Shown piece by piece: positions 1 through 10,567 of a DNA stretch of 64,000 bases. Every line of letters begins with the position of its first letter. The stretch's first letter is position 1. A program made the translations under genes and the position numbers. The notes beneath the pieces were generated by a model. It was not told where the DNA came from. It ran no database searches and was given only the letters and a program-made list of their open reading frames with translations. This stretch comes from an uncultured Pseudomonadota bacterium (GTDB lineage Bacteria > Pseudomonadota > Alphaproteobacteria > RF32 > CAG-239), in assembly GCA_949297185.1 (NCBI GenBank), contig CASFRM010000006.1:16374-80373 (forward strand), given 5' to 3'.

Positions 1-282
1 TTGATGGCAACTCTAAACACGGTAAGAGCGGTGTTAAAAGATGCTCATATGCGCGAACAAGCCGGTATTATTCAAAAAGAAGTCGGAGTTTTGATGGAAG
101 ATATCACAAGGCTTGACGAGAGAGTGGAGAATTTGTCAAAGCACTTTAAGCAGGCCGGAGACGATATCGATTCTATCAAAATATCCTCAGGCAAAATCTC
201 TCGCCGCATTCAAAAAATAGAAGATATAGAACTCGGCGAAGGAAATACTCAAGCCTTGGAACATTTATCCGGCAAGGACTAA
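1..282 (+). CDS. rmuC: DNA recombination protein RmuC, C-terminal fragment (5' end lies outside the window)
   Basis: Frame is open from the window edge to a stop at 280-282. The translation (...REQAGIIQKEVGVLMEDITRLDERVENLSKHFKQAGDDIDSI...) resembles the conserved C-terminal part of RmuC-family proteins. Confidence 0.6.
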   Translation: MMATLNTVRAVLKDAHMREQAGIIQKEVGVLMEDITRLDERVENLSKHFKQAGDDIDSIKISSGKISRRIQKIEDIELGEGNTQALEHLSGKD

Positions 283-380
283 AAACTTTGGATAAAAGGG
301 AAAATAGCCCTTGGCTTTTTGTAAATTTGATATATTGATAAAATAAGAAATGTTTAACTAAATTAAAAAGGAATAAAAAA

Positions 381-662
381 GTGACCAGATCAGAATTAAT
401 AGAAAAAATCGCTGCCAAAAATCCGCATTTAACTATGAAAGATGTTGAACGCATTGTTGCGGTGGTTTTCGATTCTATAATTGACGCCTTGTCCCGCGGC
501 GACAGAGTTGAATTTAGAGGTTTCGGTGCATTTTCGGTTCGCACTCGCAGCCCTCGCATGGCCAAAAATCCGCGTACCGGTGAGCAGGTAAAAGTAGACG
601 AACGCAAGATTCCTCACTTCAAAACCGGTAAACAGTTGTTTGAATCATTAAACAAAAAATAG
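381..662 (+). CDS. ihfB: Integration host factor beta subunit
   Basis: 93 aa with a GTG start. Full-length resemblance to IHF-beta/HU fold ([11 protein letters not shown]...[39 protein letters not shown]). Confidence 0.9.
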   Translation: MTRSELIEKIAAKNPHLTMKDVERIVAVVFDSIIDALSRGDRVEFRGFGAFSVRTRSPRMAKNPRTGEQVKVDERKIPHFKTGKQLFESLNKK

Positions 663-703
663 TTCTAAAGTTATTGTCACATATTTAACAAGGAGCAAAC
701 ACC

Positions 704-1114
704 ATGGGATTTATTAAAGTACTTATAGGTCTACCTTTGATATTTATTATTTTGGTGTTTGCCTTTGTTAACAATGATATGGCTGTTTTTAGCTTATGGC
801 CCACGGGAATAGAAATTACCGTTTCGCTCAGTGTGGCAATAGTATTTTTGTTGCTTGTCGGCTATATTTTGGGTTGGTTCTTTACTTGGTTGTCATATTC
901 GCCGGTTCGTTCTGCCTTGCGCCAACAAAAGAAACAAAACAAAAAGCTGTCCAAAGAACAAGAAAAGTTGGTCAAAGAGGTTGAAGGCCTGCAAGATAAT
1001 ATCGAAAACCTAAAAAATATTGTACCGGCTGAAGAAAAAAAGTCTTTTAAAGAAAGAATAAAAAACTTTTTCTCTTTATCAAAAGATAACTCTTTATCGG
1101 AGAAAAGCGAATGA
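704..1114 (+). CDS. LapA-family (DUF1049) inner-membrane protein
   Basis: Two N-terminal TM helices followed by a K/E-rich coiled tail. The position directly after ihfB is the typical alphaproteobacterial arrangement. 4-nt ATGA overlap with accD. Confidence 0.6.
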   Translation: MGFIKVLIGLPLIFIILVFAFVNNDMAVFSLWPTGIEITVSLSVAIVFLLLVGYILGWFFTWLSYSPVRSALRQQKKQNKKLSKEQEKLVKEVEGLQDNIENLKNIVPAEEKKSFKERIKNFFSLSKDNSLSEKSE

Positions 1115-1956
1115 ATTGGATTTCCGATTTTGTTCGCCCCAAAATAAAAAAAGCCTCCCCAAAAGAGCTGTCCGACAATTTGTGGACCAAATGTCCCGAA
1201 TGCGGGCAGATGTTGTTTAATAAAGAACTCGAAAAAGATTTTTATGTTTGCTCATTTTGCGGACACCATTTGCGCTTGCCGGTATTAAAAAGGCTGCAAA
1301 TGCTTTTTGATGATGGCAAATACCGAGCCCTAAGCCTCCCCAAACTTCAAGATGATCCGCTCAATTTTAAGGATTCCAAGAAATACACCGACCGATTGCG
1401 TTCGTATCGTAAACTAAGCGGCAGAGACGACGCGATAGTGGTTGCCTATGGCGAAATTGGCGGTATAAAGGCCGTCGTAGCCATACTTGACTTTAGCTTT
1501 ATGGGCGGTTCAATGGGAACGGCCGTCGGTGAAGGAATAGTCCGCGGCGCCGAGTTTGCTCTCAAGACCAAAAGTCCGTTTATTGCCATCTCAGCCTCCG
1601 GCGGAGCCAGAATGCAAGAAGGCATTTTGTCTCTAATGCAAATGGCGCGTACCACGGCGGCAATCAATCAATTAAAAGAAAAAGGTTTTCCCTACATTTC
1701 GGTAATGACCGATCCCACCACCGGCGGAGTTTCGGCATCATTTGCTATGTTAGGTGATATTAATATCGCCGAAAAGGGAAGTGTAATCGGCTTTGCCGGA
1801 GCCAGAGTCATCGAACAGACGATTCGCGAGCAGTTACCCGAAGGTTTTCAAAAGGCTGAGTATTTGCAAGCTCATGGTATGGTCGATATCGTTGTTAACC
1901 GAACCGAGCTGCGTGACAAACTCATAAAAATACTAAAACTGTTGTTAAATCGCTAA
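1111..1956 (+). CDS. accD: Acetyl-CoA carboxylase carboxyltransferase beta subunit
   Basis: N-terminal Zn ribbon (CPECGQ...CSFCGHH) and a carboxyltransferase core (FSFMGGSMG, ASGGARMQEG). Confidence 0.92.
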   Translation: MNWISDFVRPKIKKASPKELSDNLWTKCPECGQMLFNKELEKDFYVCSFCGHHLRLPVLKRLQMLFDDGKYRALSLPKLQDDPLNFKDSKKYTDRLRSYRKLSGRDDAIVVAYGEIGGIKAVVAILDFSFMGGSMGTAVGEGIVRGAEFALKTKSPFIAISASGGARMQEGILSLMQMARTTAAINQLKEKGFPYISVMTDPTTGGVSASFAMLGDINIAEKGSVIGFAGARVIEQTIREQLPEGFQKAEYLQAHGMVDIVVNRTELRDKLIKILKLLLNR

Positions 1957-2001
1957 AGTCGTGTCATAATCAGTCCGTCAGATTTTCAAAAGGGAAGAAC
2001 C

Positions 2002-3492
2002 ATGCTATCGATTAAGCACATTAATATAAATTCCTTCAACGAAAACATTGTGTATCTGCACAGAGACTGTGACACTTACAAACTTGATGAAATTAAAAGT
2101 TTGACCAAAGTTGAAATACATGGCGGTGCCGTACCGGTTTTTGCCTTTTTGGAAATAGTCGAAGACGACAGTATCGTAAAAACCAACGAAATCGGACTAA
2201 ATAACGAAGCTTTTTCCAAGGTCAATTTACCCGAAGGAGCAAATGTCACCATAAGCATGGCCGGCCCTCCGACATCATCAGGAGCTCTGCAACGCAAAAT
2301 ATCCGGCAATGTACTATCTTCCAATGAATACTCAATGGTTATGAAAGACATTGTTGCCGGTCGCTATTCCAACATGGACATCGCGTCATTTTTGGTTGCT
2401 TCCGGTTCATTTATGACTTCATCAGAGGTTTTGTCCCTAACTGAGTCATTGGTTGGAGATGAGATTATCCGCTGGGATGAAGAGAATATAGTCGTAGATC
2501 ATCACTGTCTTGGGGGTGTTCCCGGCAATAAAACCGATATCATAATCACGGCAATAGTTTCGGCATATGGTCTGCCGATGCCCAAAACCGCTGCTCGCTC
2601 TCTTACATCATGTGCCGGAGTTGCCGACACATTTTCGGTTTTGGCCAATGTCGACATGACCGAAAGCAAGTTAAAAAAGATGATAAAAGAGTGCCGCGGA
2701 GCCATTGTTGATTACAATTCTTTACCCATAGCTTCTGCCAGCAAGATTGTTTCCGCCGTAGAAAAAGCCTTAGGCATTACTCAGCAACAGCATATAGTTT
2801 CTTCCGTTTTGGCAATCAAACTTGCTGCCGGAGTAACACATATGGTTCTTGATATTCCGGTAGGCCCGTCCTCACGAATAAAAACCACCAACGAGGCTAT
2901 GCGCATACGCAAAATGGTCGAATATATCGGAGATATGTTGTCATTGGAAATAGATGCGGTAATTACCGACGGCAGCGAACCGGTAGGAAATGGTGTCGGA
3001 GCAATCCTTGAAGCCAGAGATGTTATGAAAATTTTGCGCCATAAAGAAGATGCACCGCAAGATTTGCTTGAAAAATCGTTATTTTTGGCCGGACGAATAT
3101 TGGAATTTGATCCCAAACTCAGAGGCGGACAAGGCTATCATGTAGCCAAAGAGATATTAACTTCCGGCAGAGCTTTAGAAAGCCTAAACAGAATAATTTA
3201 CGCCCAAGGCAAAGCTCCGCAAGCTCAACTCGGACATTTAACTCGCGATATTGTTTCTTCGCGAGCCGGAATAGTAGAAAGCATAGACAATTATCAAATA
3301 AACAAAATTGGCGTTATGGCCGGAGCTTCACAATACCCCGGAGCCGGTCTTGATTTATTGAAAAAAGTCGGTGATTTGGTAGAACCCGGAGAGACCATCT
3401 ATCGCATACATTCGCTCACTTCAAATGACTTTGCCCATGCCAATTCGTTAGCCGATGCCAATTCCGGTTACGAGATAGTTTCCAAGAGGTAG
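2002..3492 (+). CDS. Thymidine phosphorylase family protein (long ~500-aa form)
   Basis: 496 aa. Glycosyl-transferase family-3 / pyrimidine nucleoside phosphorylase-like core (HHCLGGVPGNKTD, SLTSCAGVADT) with the N-terminal extension typical of the putative-thymidine-phosphorylase subgroup. Confidence 0.72.
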   Translation: MLSIKHININSFNENIVYLHRDCDTYKLDEIKSLTKVEIHGGAVPVFAFLEIVEDDSIVKTNEIGLNNEAFSKVNLPEGANVTISMAGPPTSSGALQRKISGNVLSSNEYSMVMKDIVAGRYSNMDIASFLVASGSFMTSSEVLSLTESLVGDEIIRWDEENIVVDHHCLGGVPGNKTDIIITAIVSAYGLPMPKTAARSLTSCAGVADTFSVLANVDMTESKLKKMIKECRGAIVDYNSLPIASASKIVSAVEKALGITQQQHIVSSVLAIKLAAGVTHMVLDIPVGPSSRIKTTNEAMRIRKMVEYIGDMLSLEIDAVITDGSEPVGNGVGAILEARDVMKILRHKEDAPQDLLEKSLFLAGRILEFDPKLRGGQGYHVAKEILTSGRALESLNRIIYAQGKAPQAQLGHLTRDIVSSRAGIVESIDNYQINKIGVMAGASQYPGAGLDLLKKVGDLVEPGETIYRIHSLTSNDFAHANSLADANSGYEIVSKR

Positions 3493-3530
3493 AAAAAATC
3501 ACATTTTTTATAAAAAAAATTACTTTAGCT

Positions 3531-3560
3531 CTTGCAGCAGCCAAAAGTGATTCCTATATA
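3531..3560 (+). promoter_or_regulatory. Candidate RpoH (sigma-32)-type heat-shock promoter of dnaK
   Basis: CTTG (3531-3534), an 18-nt spacer, then CCTATATA (3553-3560), about 45 nt upstream of the dnaK ATG. Resembles the alphaproteobacterial heat-shock consensus CTTG-N17-CYTATNT. The same architecture recurs at 9279 and 22573. Confidence 0.4.
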
Positions 3561-3605
3561 AGCACTTAGAAGGTTAAAATTACAATATGAAAAGAGGGAT
3601 AAATT

Positions 3606-5519
3606 ATGAGCAATAAAGTAATAGGAATAGACTTGGGAACCACCAATTCCTGTTTTGCGGTAATGGAAGGCGGCGAAGCAAAAGTTTTGGAAAACTCCGA
3701 AGGTGCCCGCACTACTCCGTCTATGGTAGCATTTACCGACACTGAAAGGTTGGTAGGCTTTCCGGCTAAAAGACAAGCGGTTACTAATCCGGAAAACACC
3801 TTGTTTGCCATTAAAAGACTAATCGGTCGTCGCTATAATTCTCCGGAAGTAGCCAAAGACAAATCTTTGGTGCCGTTTAAGATTATTGAGGGTGACAATG
3901 GTGACGCCTGGGTTGAAGTAAAGGGACAAAAGTATGCTCCGTCACAAATTTCGGCGATTGTACTGCAAAAGATAAAAGAATATGCCGAGAGCTATTTGGG
4001 TGAAAAAATTGAAAAAGCAGTAATTACCGTACCGGCATACTTCAATGACTCGCAAAGACAAGCGACTAAAGACGCCGGAAAAATTGCTGGTTTGGAAGTT
4101 TTGCGTATCATCAACGAGCCGACGGCCGCTGCTTTGGCCTATGGTTTGGATAAAAAGACCAATGGTACTATAGCCGTATACGACCTTGGTGGTGGTACTT
4201 TTGATATTTCTATTTTGGAAATAGGTGACGGTGTATTTGAAGTTAAGTCGACCAATGGTGATACTTTCTTGGGTGGTGAGGACTTCGACCAGAGATTGGT
4301 TAACTACCTGTCTGAAGAATTCAAAAAAGAGACCGGTATTGATTTGAAAAATGACCGTTTAGCTTTGCAAAGATTAAAAGAAGCTGCCGAAAAGGCCAAG
4401 ATTGAATTGTCATCGACCACTCAAACCGAAGTAAACTTGCCGTTTATTACCGCTGACGCTACCGGCCCGAAACACTTGAATATCAAGTTGACCAGAGCAA
4501 AGTTGGAATCTTTGGTTGAAGATTTGATTGATAAGACGGTTGAGCCCTGCAAAAAAGCCATGGCCGATGCCGGTGTTTCGCCTTCTGACATCAGCGAAGT
4601 AATCTTGGTCGGTGGTATGACTCGTATGCCTAAAGTCCAAGAAAAGGTAAAAGAGATTTTCGGCAAAGAGCCGCATAAAGGTGTAAACCCCGATGAAGTA
4701 GTTGCCGTCGGTGCCGCAATCCAAGGCGGTGTCTTGATGGGCGATGTAAAAGATGTGTTGTTGTTGGATGTAACTCCGTTGTCTTTGGGTATCGAAACCT
4801 TAGGCGGCGTGTTCACTCGCTTGATTGACCGCAACACCACTATTCCGACCCGCAAGTCTCAAGTATTTTCAACCGCCGAAGATGGTCAAACCGCAGTTAC
4901 CATCAGAGTATTCCAAGGTGAGCGTGAAATGGCTGCCGATAACAAATTGCTTGGTCAGTTTGATTTGGTAGGAATTCCGCCTGCACCGCGTGGTATGCCG
5001 CAAATTGAAGTAACCTTTGATATTGATGCCAACGGTATTGTAAATGTTTCGGCCAAAGATAAAGCCACCAACAAAGAACAAGCAATCAGAATTCAAGCCA
5101 GCGGTGGTTTGTCTGATGCCGATATAGAAAAGATGGTAAAAGACGCCGAAGCCAATGCCGAGGCCGATAAGAAGAAAAAAGAAGTAGTTGAGGCCAAAAA
5201 CCAAGGTGAAGCTTTGGTTCATTCAACCGAAAAAACCTTAAAAGAACACGGCGACAAGATTTCCGCAGCCGAAAAAGAAGCTATCGAAAAAGAAATTAAT
5301 GCTTTGAAGACAGCTTTGGAAGCCGAAGACTTGGCCGTTATCAAAGAAAAGACCGAAAGCCTAATGCAAGCTTCGATGAAATTGGGCGAAGCAATGTACA
5401 AAGCTCAGGCCGCAGCTCAACAAGCACAAGGTGCAACTCAGGGGGCCGATACCGGTGCTGCCGGAGAGCAACCTAAAGACGACAAAGTTGTTGATGCTGA
5501 CTTTGAAGAAGTTAAATAA
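3606..5519 (+). CDS. dnaK: Molecular chaperone DnaK (Hsp70)
   Basis: 637 aa, unmistakable Hsp70 sequence ([22 protein letters not shown]-type C-terminus). AGAGGG RBS upstream. Confidence 0.98.
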   Translation: MSNKVIGIDLGTTNSCFAVMEGGEAKVLENSEGARTTPSMVAFTDTERLVGFPAKRQAVTNPENTLFAIKRLIGRRYNSPEVAKDKSLVPFKIIEGDNGDAWVEVKGQKYAPSQISAIVLQKIKEYAESYLGEKIEKAVITVPAYFNDSQRQATKDAGKIAGLEVLRIINEPTAAALAYGLDKKTNGTIAVYDLGGGTFDISILEIGDGVFEVKSTNGDTFLGGEDFDQRLVNYLSEEFKKETGIDLKNDRLALQRLKEAAEKAKIELSSTTQTEVNLPFITADATGPKHLNIKLTRAKLESLVEDLIDKTVEPCKKAMADAGVSPSDISEVILVGGMTRMPKVQEKVKEIFGKEPHKGVNPDEVVAVGAAIQGGVLMGDVKDVLLLDVTPLSLGIETLGGVFTRLIDRNTTIPTRKSQVFSTAEDGQTAVTIRVFQGEREMAADNKLLGQFDLVGIPPAPRGMPQIEVTFDIDANGIVNVSAKDKATNKEQAIRIQASGGLSDADIEKMVKDAEANAEADKKKKEVVEAKNQGEALVHSTEKTLKEHGDKISAAEKEAIEKEINALKTALEAEDLAVIKEKTESLMQASMKLGEAMYKAQAAAQQAQGATQGADTGAAGEQPKDDKVVDADFEEVK

Positions 5520-5536
5520 GGTAAAAAAGCACAAAG

Positions 5537-5567
5537 AAAGCCCCGTCGTAATTGGCGGGGCTTTTTC
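5537..5567. terminator. Bidirectional rho-independent terminator between convergent dnaK and the 1186-aa ORF
   Basis: 7-bp GC stem AGCCCCG (5539-5545) / CGGGGCT (5556-5562), flanked by an A-run on the left and a T-run on the right. Confidence 0.6.
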
Positions 5568-5579
5568 TATCAATTCAAA

Positions 5580-8500
5580 CTATCTGGCGTTTGCGTTTCC
5601 TTTCAAATTATAAGTGCCGCCATGTGGTTTGTTTGACTTTCCGCGAGGTAGAGGCGTTCTCGATGTATCACGAGCCGCTGTCAACTTTGCATGTTCGGCA
5701 TTATTCTTTCCTATTGACGCAATTTCGGTAAAATGACGCAGTGTCATATCCTTAGTTGCCAGCGGCTTTCCGTCATAAGACAAGTTTGTTTTCCAAGCTG
5801 TCTCTCTGGTAGAATTTATATACTCCATCCCTTTTTTAGTTTCTGCAGAGCCTTTAGAATCATTGAGAGGTTCGGTTGCATAACCAACCTCTTTTTCAAA
5901 AGTATTCCATCTTGTTTCAAGGTATATGCCGAAAGATGCCTCTGCATTTTCTTCTTTCCATTCGTTTTGTACTAAAGATTTGTAACGGATACGCTCAGAT
6001 TCGTTTGGCTTAATACCGTGGACTACTTTATATTCACGATCAAGCATTTCATTTATGGATGAATCTGTATACTCCGGCAAAGCTTTAGCCTCCTGATGCT
6101 CCGGCAAAGCTTTAGCTTCCTGATGCTCAGGTAGAGCCTTTAGTTCTTTCACAGGTTTAGGAGGATTTGGCGGAATAACAGGATCTTCGCGCTCATCTTT
6201 GTTTTTGCGTTTTCCGTTAGCTCCCATAATAACATTCAAAAATTTGCTCTTAGCAGAGGTCCAAACCTTATCAAACGTAACGGTAAACGGAATAAAGCTG
6301 TGTTGTTCGGCTTTAGAGAATTGGTCAAACCTTTCATGATGAGCTTCTTCCGGAATATTAATAATTTCTTTTCCGGCCGCACCACCGGCATAGGTCGTAA
6401 ACACGGTTCCTTTACCACTTTCAGCATGTACCATTTCTCCTGCTTCATTTGCAGTTGCATTACGAGGCAAGACCCCATCATGATGAACCGGCGCGTTATC
6501 AACATGTCCTACTTCATTGTTTGCCGAAACCAGATTATCAAGTTTGGCGATAGTTTCCATAACCTCAGGAGTGAGTTTTTTAGGAATTAAATTACCATTT
6601 TCGTCAGTTATTGCTGCTACAGCTTTAATTTCTTCCGAACTAAAGCCGTATTTGCTACACCATCCTTCACCAAACACTTTGTGGTTTCCGTTTACTTCAA
6701 CCGGAGTATTACTGTTGTCAACATGGTTGAGGTTTGTATCGACCTCGGCATTGACCATCTGAGCTCCGCAATCACCTGCAATCAACAAAGCACGGTGTAC
6801 ATCAACGGCTTGTTCAGGGTGTGAAGCATTCCATTGTTCAATAGTACTCTGAGCCGCATTAACATTATTCTCCAGCAAATCAGGAACATCTTTGGTCCAT
6901 CTTTCCAAAATATCTTGAGCTTTTTCGGTAGCATTATCAAGATATCTGACCTCTGTTTTTGCGGGTTCATCAATTATTTTTACGCCATTTGCATCATCCG
7001 CATTAGTTTCTGAGCGAATAATGCCGTCTTCGGCAAGACTTGCATCATCTCTACCTAACAAATTAACGGCATCTTCTTTAGTAATGGGTTCTTTTAGAAC
7101 TCCGTTTTCATTAAGCTCATCAGGAGTCATGTTTTTATAATCATTTAACTCCTCGCCCGTAACCACGGTTTTGGTATAACTTGCATCATTAGGATCGTAC
7201 TCATCGGCTCTGACTTGTCTGGTTCCGTGTTCTCCCCACAAATCAAGCGATACATTATTCAGATGTTCTGATGCCAAGTTAACTCCGTACGATAATCCCA
7301 TGCCGCTTAATACGGCAGTACCGGTAGAAAGGGATGAGTTTGTGACAGATTTCAAAATAGCCTTACCCCATTTATCTCCGGCTTTTCTATTGTTGTGAAC
7401 TCCTTTGATAACCGATGTTGCAAAACCAAAAGCCATCATACCATAGCGAGCTGCTGCCTGCATACCATGTTCGGCAATTTTACCTCCGAACACAATTGCC
7501 GTGGTTGTTGCCGCGGTCATCAAAATCTCAGGAGATTTTTGCAATAGGAATTTACCAAAGAATTTTAATCCCTTCTCCTTAGATGCTTTCCGCTCTTCAA
7601 TATAGGATCTTGTTAATCTGTAAATAGCTTGAGTAGCATAAACACCGGCATAAATTTGTGAGCCAAGTCCCGGTACTCCCAAAGCCAAACCGGCGGTATT
7701 GCAACCGATTCGCAAAGCTTGGTTAAGAGCTTGGGCTCCCATATTTTTAGCCATCATTTTACCGAAAGTTCTGACAACCTCATAAGATTTGCCGAAACGA
7801 GCAATACAAGTCTTATCAATTTTAGCTATTGGAGCATACATTTTGCTCAAAACCGGAGCAGCACGATTTTTAAGGTGAGCCTTTCCGGCCAAGCGATTCA
7901 AAAAGCTGACATGGTTGTTAACTGTTGCAGCTTGAAAAGCTGCCAACCCTTTATCGGAAATTGGCTCATTACTGTTTAGTGCTTTTCCTATAGCCTCTCT
8001 GCGTTGTTCATCGGTAGCATTTTCCGGCAAATTGGCAAGAGCATCAGTTGATTTTAGAGTATTAATATATGTTCCGGTAACCACTTGCAGTTGATTTTTT
8101 AATTCGTCGGCAAGGGCTTGCTTATCCTTACCATATGCGGCTACAGCTGCATTTCTGACTGCTGTTAATTTAATGGTTTCAATAAATGTTTCTTTTTTCT
8201 TATCAGCATCGGGATTTTCAAAATTCAAGCTCTGAAACCAGGTTCCGGTTTCTGCAAACCAAGTTTCATTTTGCTTTTTATCGTTAACATCGATATTTTT
8301 AGCAATTTCCCAAGCGTCATCAAAAGCCTCTTCAAGCTTTTTGTCATCGCCTTCTTTTACATCGACCAAGCCATTTATTCTGTCATAATTATCAATGGTC
8401 TCGTTCATGCGATTTCTGGCAGCATTAAGCTTATTAGCCAAATCCTGTCTTACATTTTCCGGCAAGCGAGAGAGGTTGTTTTCTATATAATCGAACATCT

Positions 8501-9140
8501 CCATAGCGCCGTCATAAACATCGGCGACATTGCTTCCATCGACAATAATATCGCCTAAAACATAGCCGTTAAGCTTGCTATACATAGCCTCCAAGAGGAC
8601 CTTGCCTTGTGTTTCAAGAGAGGCAAGTTCGTCTTCTTTTCCGTTCTTTCCTTCAAGTCTTTTATCAATATCCTGACTCATCACTACCAACTGATGCGGC
8701 GGCATAACCTCGGCCAAATCTTTAGCCTTTTGTATCAGAGAAATATTAAATTTAGACAATTCCGGAGCATTAAGATTGTCTTTTAATTCTTGAATTTTGT
8801 CTTCTTTTTCTTCAGGGGAAAGGTTGGCAAAGTCCTTTGGAAATTTATCTTCCAAAACATCTTTTAAAGCAGTGATTTCCAGACCTTCGGTCATTTTAAG
8901 GCTATCATATGTCGCTTCCAAAAAAATCGGAGCTGTATCTCCATCAACGCTTCCGTCCAATAACTGTTTCCACTCATCCGAAGTATAGCCTGCAGCAGAA
9001 GATTGAGCCGTTTGCGATTTCAAAGGAGTATTGTTTTTGGGTTTATCCTCTGAGTTGATATTCTCTTTATTTTTAGAAGCAACAGATTGCATCTGATTTC
9101 TTTTTTCATCATCGTCTTCTTCGTTTACTTTAATAGCCAT
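5580..9140 (-). CDS. Large hypothetical protein (1186 aa), candidate secreted effector
   Basis: Long uninterrupted ORF with no recognisable family. No signal peptide and an acidic N-terminus. A central Gly/Ala-rich hydrophobic block is encoded around 7290-7740. Contains a KALPEHQEA tandem repeat and a basic C-terminal tail. Confidence 0.8.
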   Translation of the reverse strand: MAIKVNEEDDDEKRNQMQSVASKNKENINSEDKPKNNTPLKSQTAQSSAAGYTSDEWKQLLDGSVDGDTAPIFLEATYDSLKMTEGLEITALKDVLEDKFPKDFANLSPEEKEDKIQELKDNLNAPELSKFNISLIQKAKDLAEVMPPHQLVVMSQDIDKRLEGKNGKEDELASLETQGKVLLEAMYSKLNGYVLGDIIVDGSNVADVYDGAMEMFDYIENNLSRLPENVRQDLANKLNAARNRMNETIDNYDRINGLVDVKEGDDKKLEEAFDDAWEIAKNIDVNDKKQNETWFAETGTWFQSLNFENPDADKKKETFIETIKLTAVRNAAVAAYGKDKQALADELKNQLQVVTGTYINTLKSTDALANLPENATDEQRREAIGKALNSNEPISDKGLAAFQAATVNNHVSFLNRLAGKAHLKNRAAPVLSKMYAPIAKIDKTCIARFGKSYEVVRTFGKMMAKNMGAQALNQALRIGCNTAGLALGVPGLGSQIYAGVYATQAIYRLTRSYIEERKASKEKGLKFFGKFLLQKSPEILMTAATTTAIVFGGKIAEHGMQAAARYGMMAFGFATSVIKGVHNNRKAGDKWGKAILKSVTNSSLSTGTAVLSGMGLSYGVNLASEHLNNVSLDLWGEHGTRQVRADEYDPNDASYTKTVVTGEELNDYKNMTPDELNENGVLKEPITKEDAVNLLGRDDASLAEDGIIRSETNADDANGVKIIDEPAKTEVRYLDNATEKAQDILERWTKDVPDLLENNVNAAQSTIEQWNASHPEQAVDVHRALLIAGDCGAQMVNAEVDTNLNHVDNSNTPVEVNGNHKVFGEGWCSKYGFSSEEIKAVAAITDENGNLIPKKLTPEVMETIAKLDNLVSANNEVGHVDNAPVHHDGVLPRNATANEAGEMVHAESGKGTVFTTYAGGAAGKEIINIPEEAHHERFDQFSKAEQHSFIPFTVTFDKVWTSAKSKFLNVIMGANGKRKNKDEREDPVIPPNPPKPVKELKALPEHQEAKALPEHQEAKALPEYTDSSINEMLDREYKVVHGIKPNESERIRYKSLVQNEWKEENAEASFGIYLETRWNTFEKEVGYATEPLNDSKGSAETKKGMEYINSTRETAWKTNLSYDGKPLATKDMTLRHFTEIASIGKNNAEHAKLTAARDTSRTPLPRGKSNKPHGGTYNLKGNANAR
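6074..6143. repeat. 27-bp tandem repeat (2 full units plus a partial) inside the 1186-aa ORF
   Basis: Unit ccggcaaagctttagcYtcctgatgct at 6074-6100 and 6101-6127, with a degenerate third unit to ~6143. Encodes KALPEHQEA repeats on the minus strand. Confidence 0.9.
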
Positions 9141-9278
9141 GGCTTTTCTCCCGAGGTTATACTGTCTTTATGTCTATATTGACACAAAATGCAAATTTTG
9201 TCAAATTTTTTATTAAAGCATTATAAAGCTTATTTATTAATATTTATTTATAATTAATTCAAAAAGTTGGCTAAAGTT

Positions 9279-9307
9279 CTTGCTTTTTTACATAAATGTA
9301 CCTAAAT
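9279..9307 (+). promoter_or_regulatory. Candidate RpoH-type promoter of dnaJ
   Basis: CTTG (9279-9282), an 18-nt spacer, then CCTAAAT (9301-9307), 32 nt upstream of the dnaJ ATG. Same spacing as the dnaK and cbpA-like motifs. Confidence 0.35.
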
Positions 9308-9338
9308 AAGAAGCAAAAGATAAGAAAAGAGAACTGTT

Positions 9339-10487
9339 ATGACCGAAAAAGACTATTACGAAATACTAGAAGTATCAAAAAGTGCCAGCGGAGAAGAGAT
9401 AAAAAAATCATTTCGCCGCTTGGCTATGCAATACCATCCGGATCGCAACCCCGGCAATAAAGAGGCCGAAGCTAGATTCAAGGAAATTAACGAGGCCTAT
9501 GAAGTACTGAAAGATGAGCAGAAAAGAGCTGCTTACGACCGTTACGGGCATGCTGCATTTGCTAACGGAGGCATGGGCGCTGGCGGAGGTTTTGGCGGGT
9601 TTAATTTTGATTTTGGCGGCGGAGCCGGTGGATTTGCCGATATCTTTTCTGAGGTGTTTTCCGAGTTTATGGGCGGTGGTCGTGGTAGACAAAAAAGTTA
9701 TGCTCAAAGGGGGCAAGATGTTCGCTACAATATGACCATCACATTGGAAGAAGCCTTTTCCGGTCTGGAAAAAGAAATAACCTTGCCCTCAAGCGAAACC
9801 TGCGAAACCTGTCATGGTCACGGCACCAAAGACGGCAAAGAGGCTCCGGTTTGCACACAATGCGGTGGTTCAGGCAAGGTAAGATTGCAACAAGGCTTTT
9901 TTGTGGTTGAACAAACCTGCCCGCAATGCAAAGGCACCGGCAGAGTTGTAAAAGATGCTTGTCCCGATTGCAAAGGAAAAGGATTTATCAGTAAAAATAA
10001 AACAATCAAAGTAAAAATACCTGCCGGTATTGAAGACGGTACCCGCATGCGCATAGAAGGTGGCGGAGAAGCCGGAATCCGAGGTGGCGCAAATGGCGAT
10101 TTGTATATATTTGTTTCGGTAAAAGAACATAAGCTATACGAACGCGAAGGAGCCAATTTATATACCAGAATACCAATTTCGATGTGCTGTGCGGCTCTAG
10201 GCGGCAAGGTAGAGATACCATCAATCGATGGCAGCAAATTGGAGATTGACATTTCGGCAGGCTCCCAATCTGATCAGGTTGTAAAAGTCAAAGGACAGGG
10301 AATGACCATGGTTCGTTCGGAACGCAGAGGTGATTTGTTTGTTAAATTGCGTGTCGAAACACCTGTTAACTTATCTGCTCGCCAAAAGGAGCTTTTGGAA
10401 GAATTCAGAAGCATAAGCAAAGAAGATTCTTGCCAACCTGAGTCAAAAAGCTTTTTTGACAAGATAAAAGACCTGTTTGCTGCTTAA
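9339..10487 (+). CDS. dnaJ: Molecular chaperone DnaJ (type I Hsp40)
   Basis: J domain with HPD, a G/F-rich region, four CxxCxGxG zinc-finger repeats and a DnaJ C-terminal domain. Confidence 0.97.
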   Translation: MTEKDYYEILEVSKSASGEEIKKSFRRLAMQYHPDRNPGNKEAEARFKEINEAYEVLKDEQKRAAYDRYGHAAFANGGMGAGGGFGGFNFDFGGGAGGFADIFSEVFSEFMGGGRGRQKSYAQRGQDVRYNMTITLEEAFSGLEKEITLPSSETCETCHGHGTKDGKEAPVCTQCGGSGKVRLQQGFFVVEQTCPQCKGTGRVVKDACPDCKGKGFISKNKTIKVKIPAGIEDGTRMRIEGGGEAGIRGGANGDLYIFVSVKEHKLYEREGANLYTRIPISMCCAALGGKVEIPSIDGSKLEIDISAGSQSDQVVKVKGQGMTMVRSERRGDLFVKLRVETPVNLSARQKELLEEFRSISKEDSCQPESKSFFDKIKDLFAA

Positions 10488-10567
10488 AAATCAATAAATT
10501 AATTGTTTATTTAATAAATATATGCTACACTACACAATGTAGATGAAATTTTATAAGGAGAAGTTTC

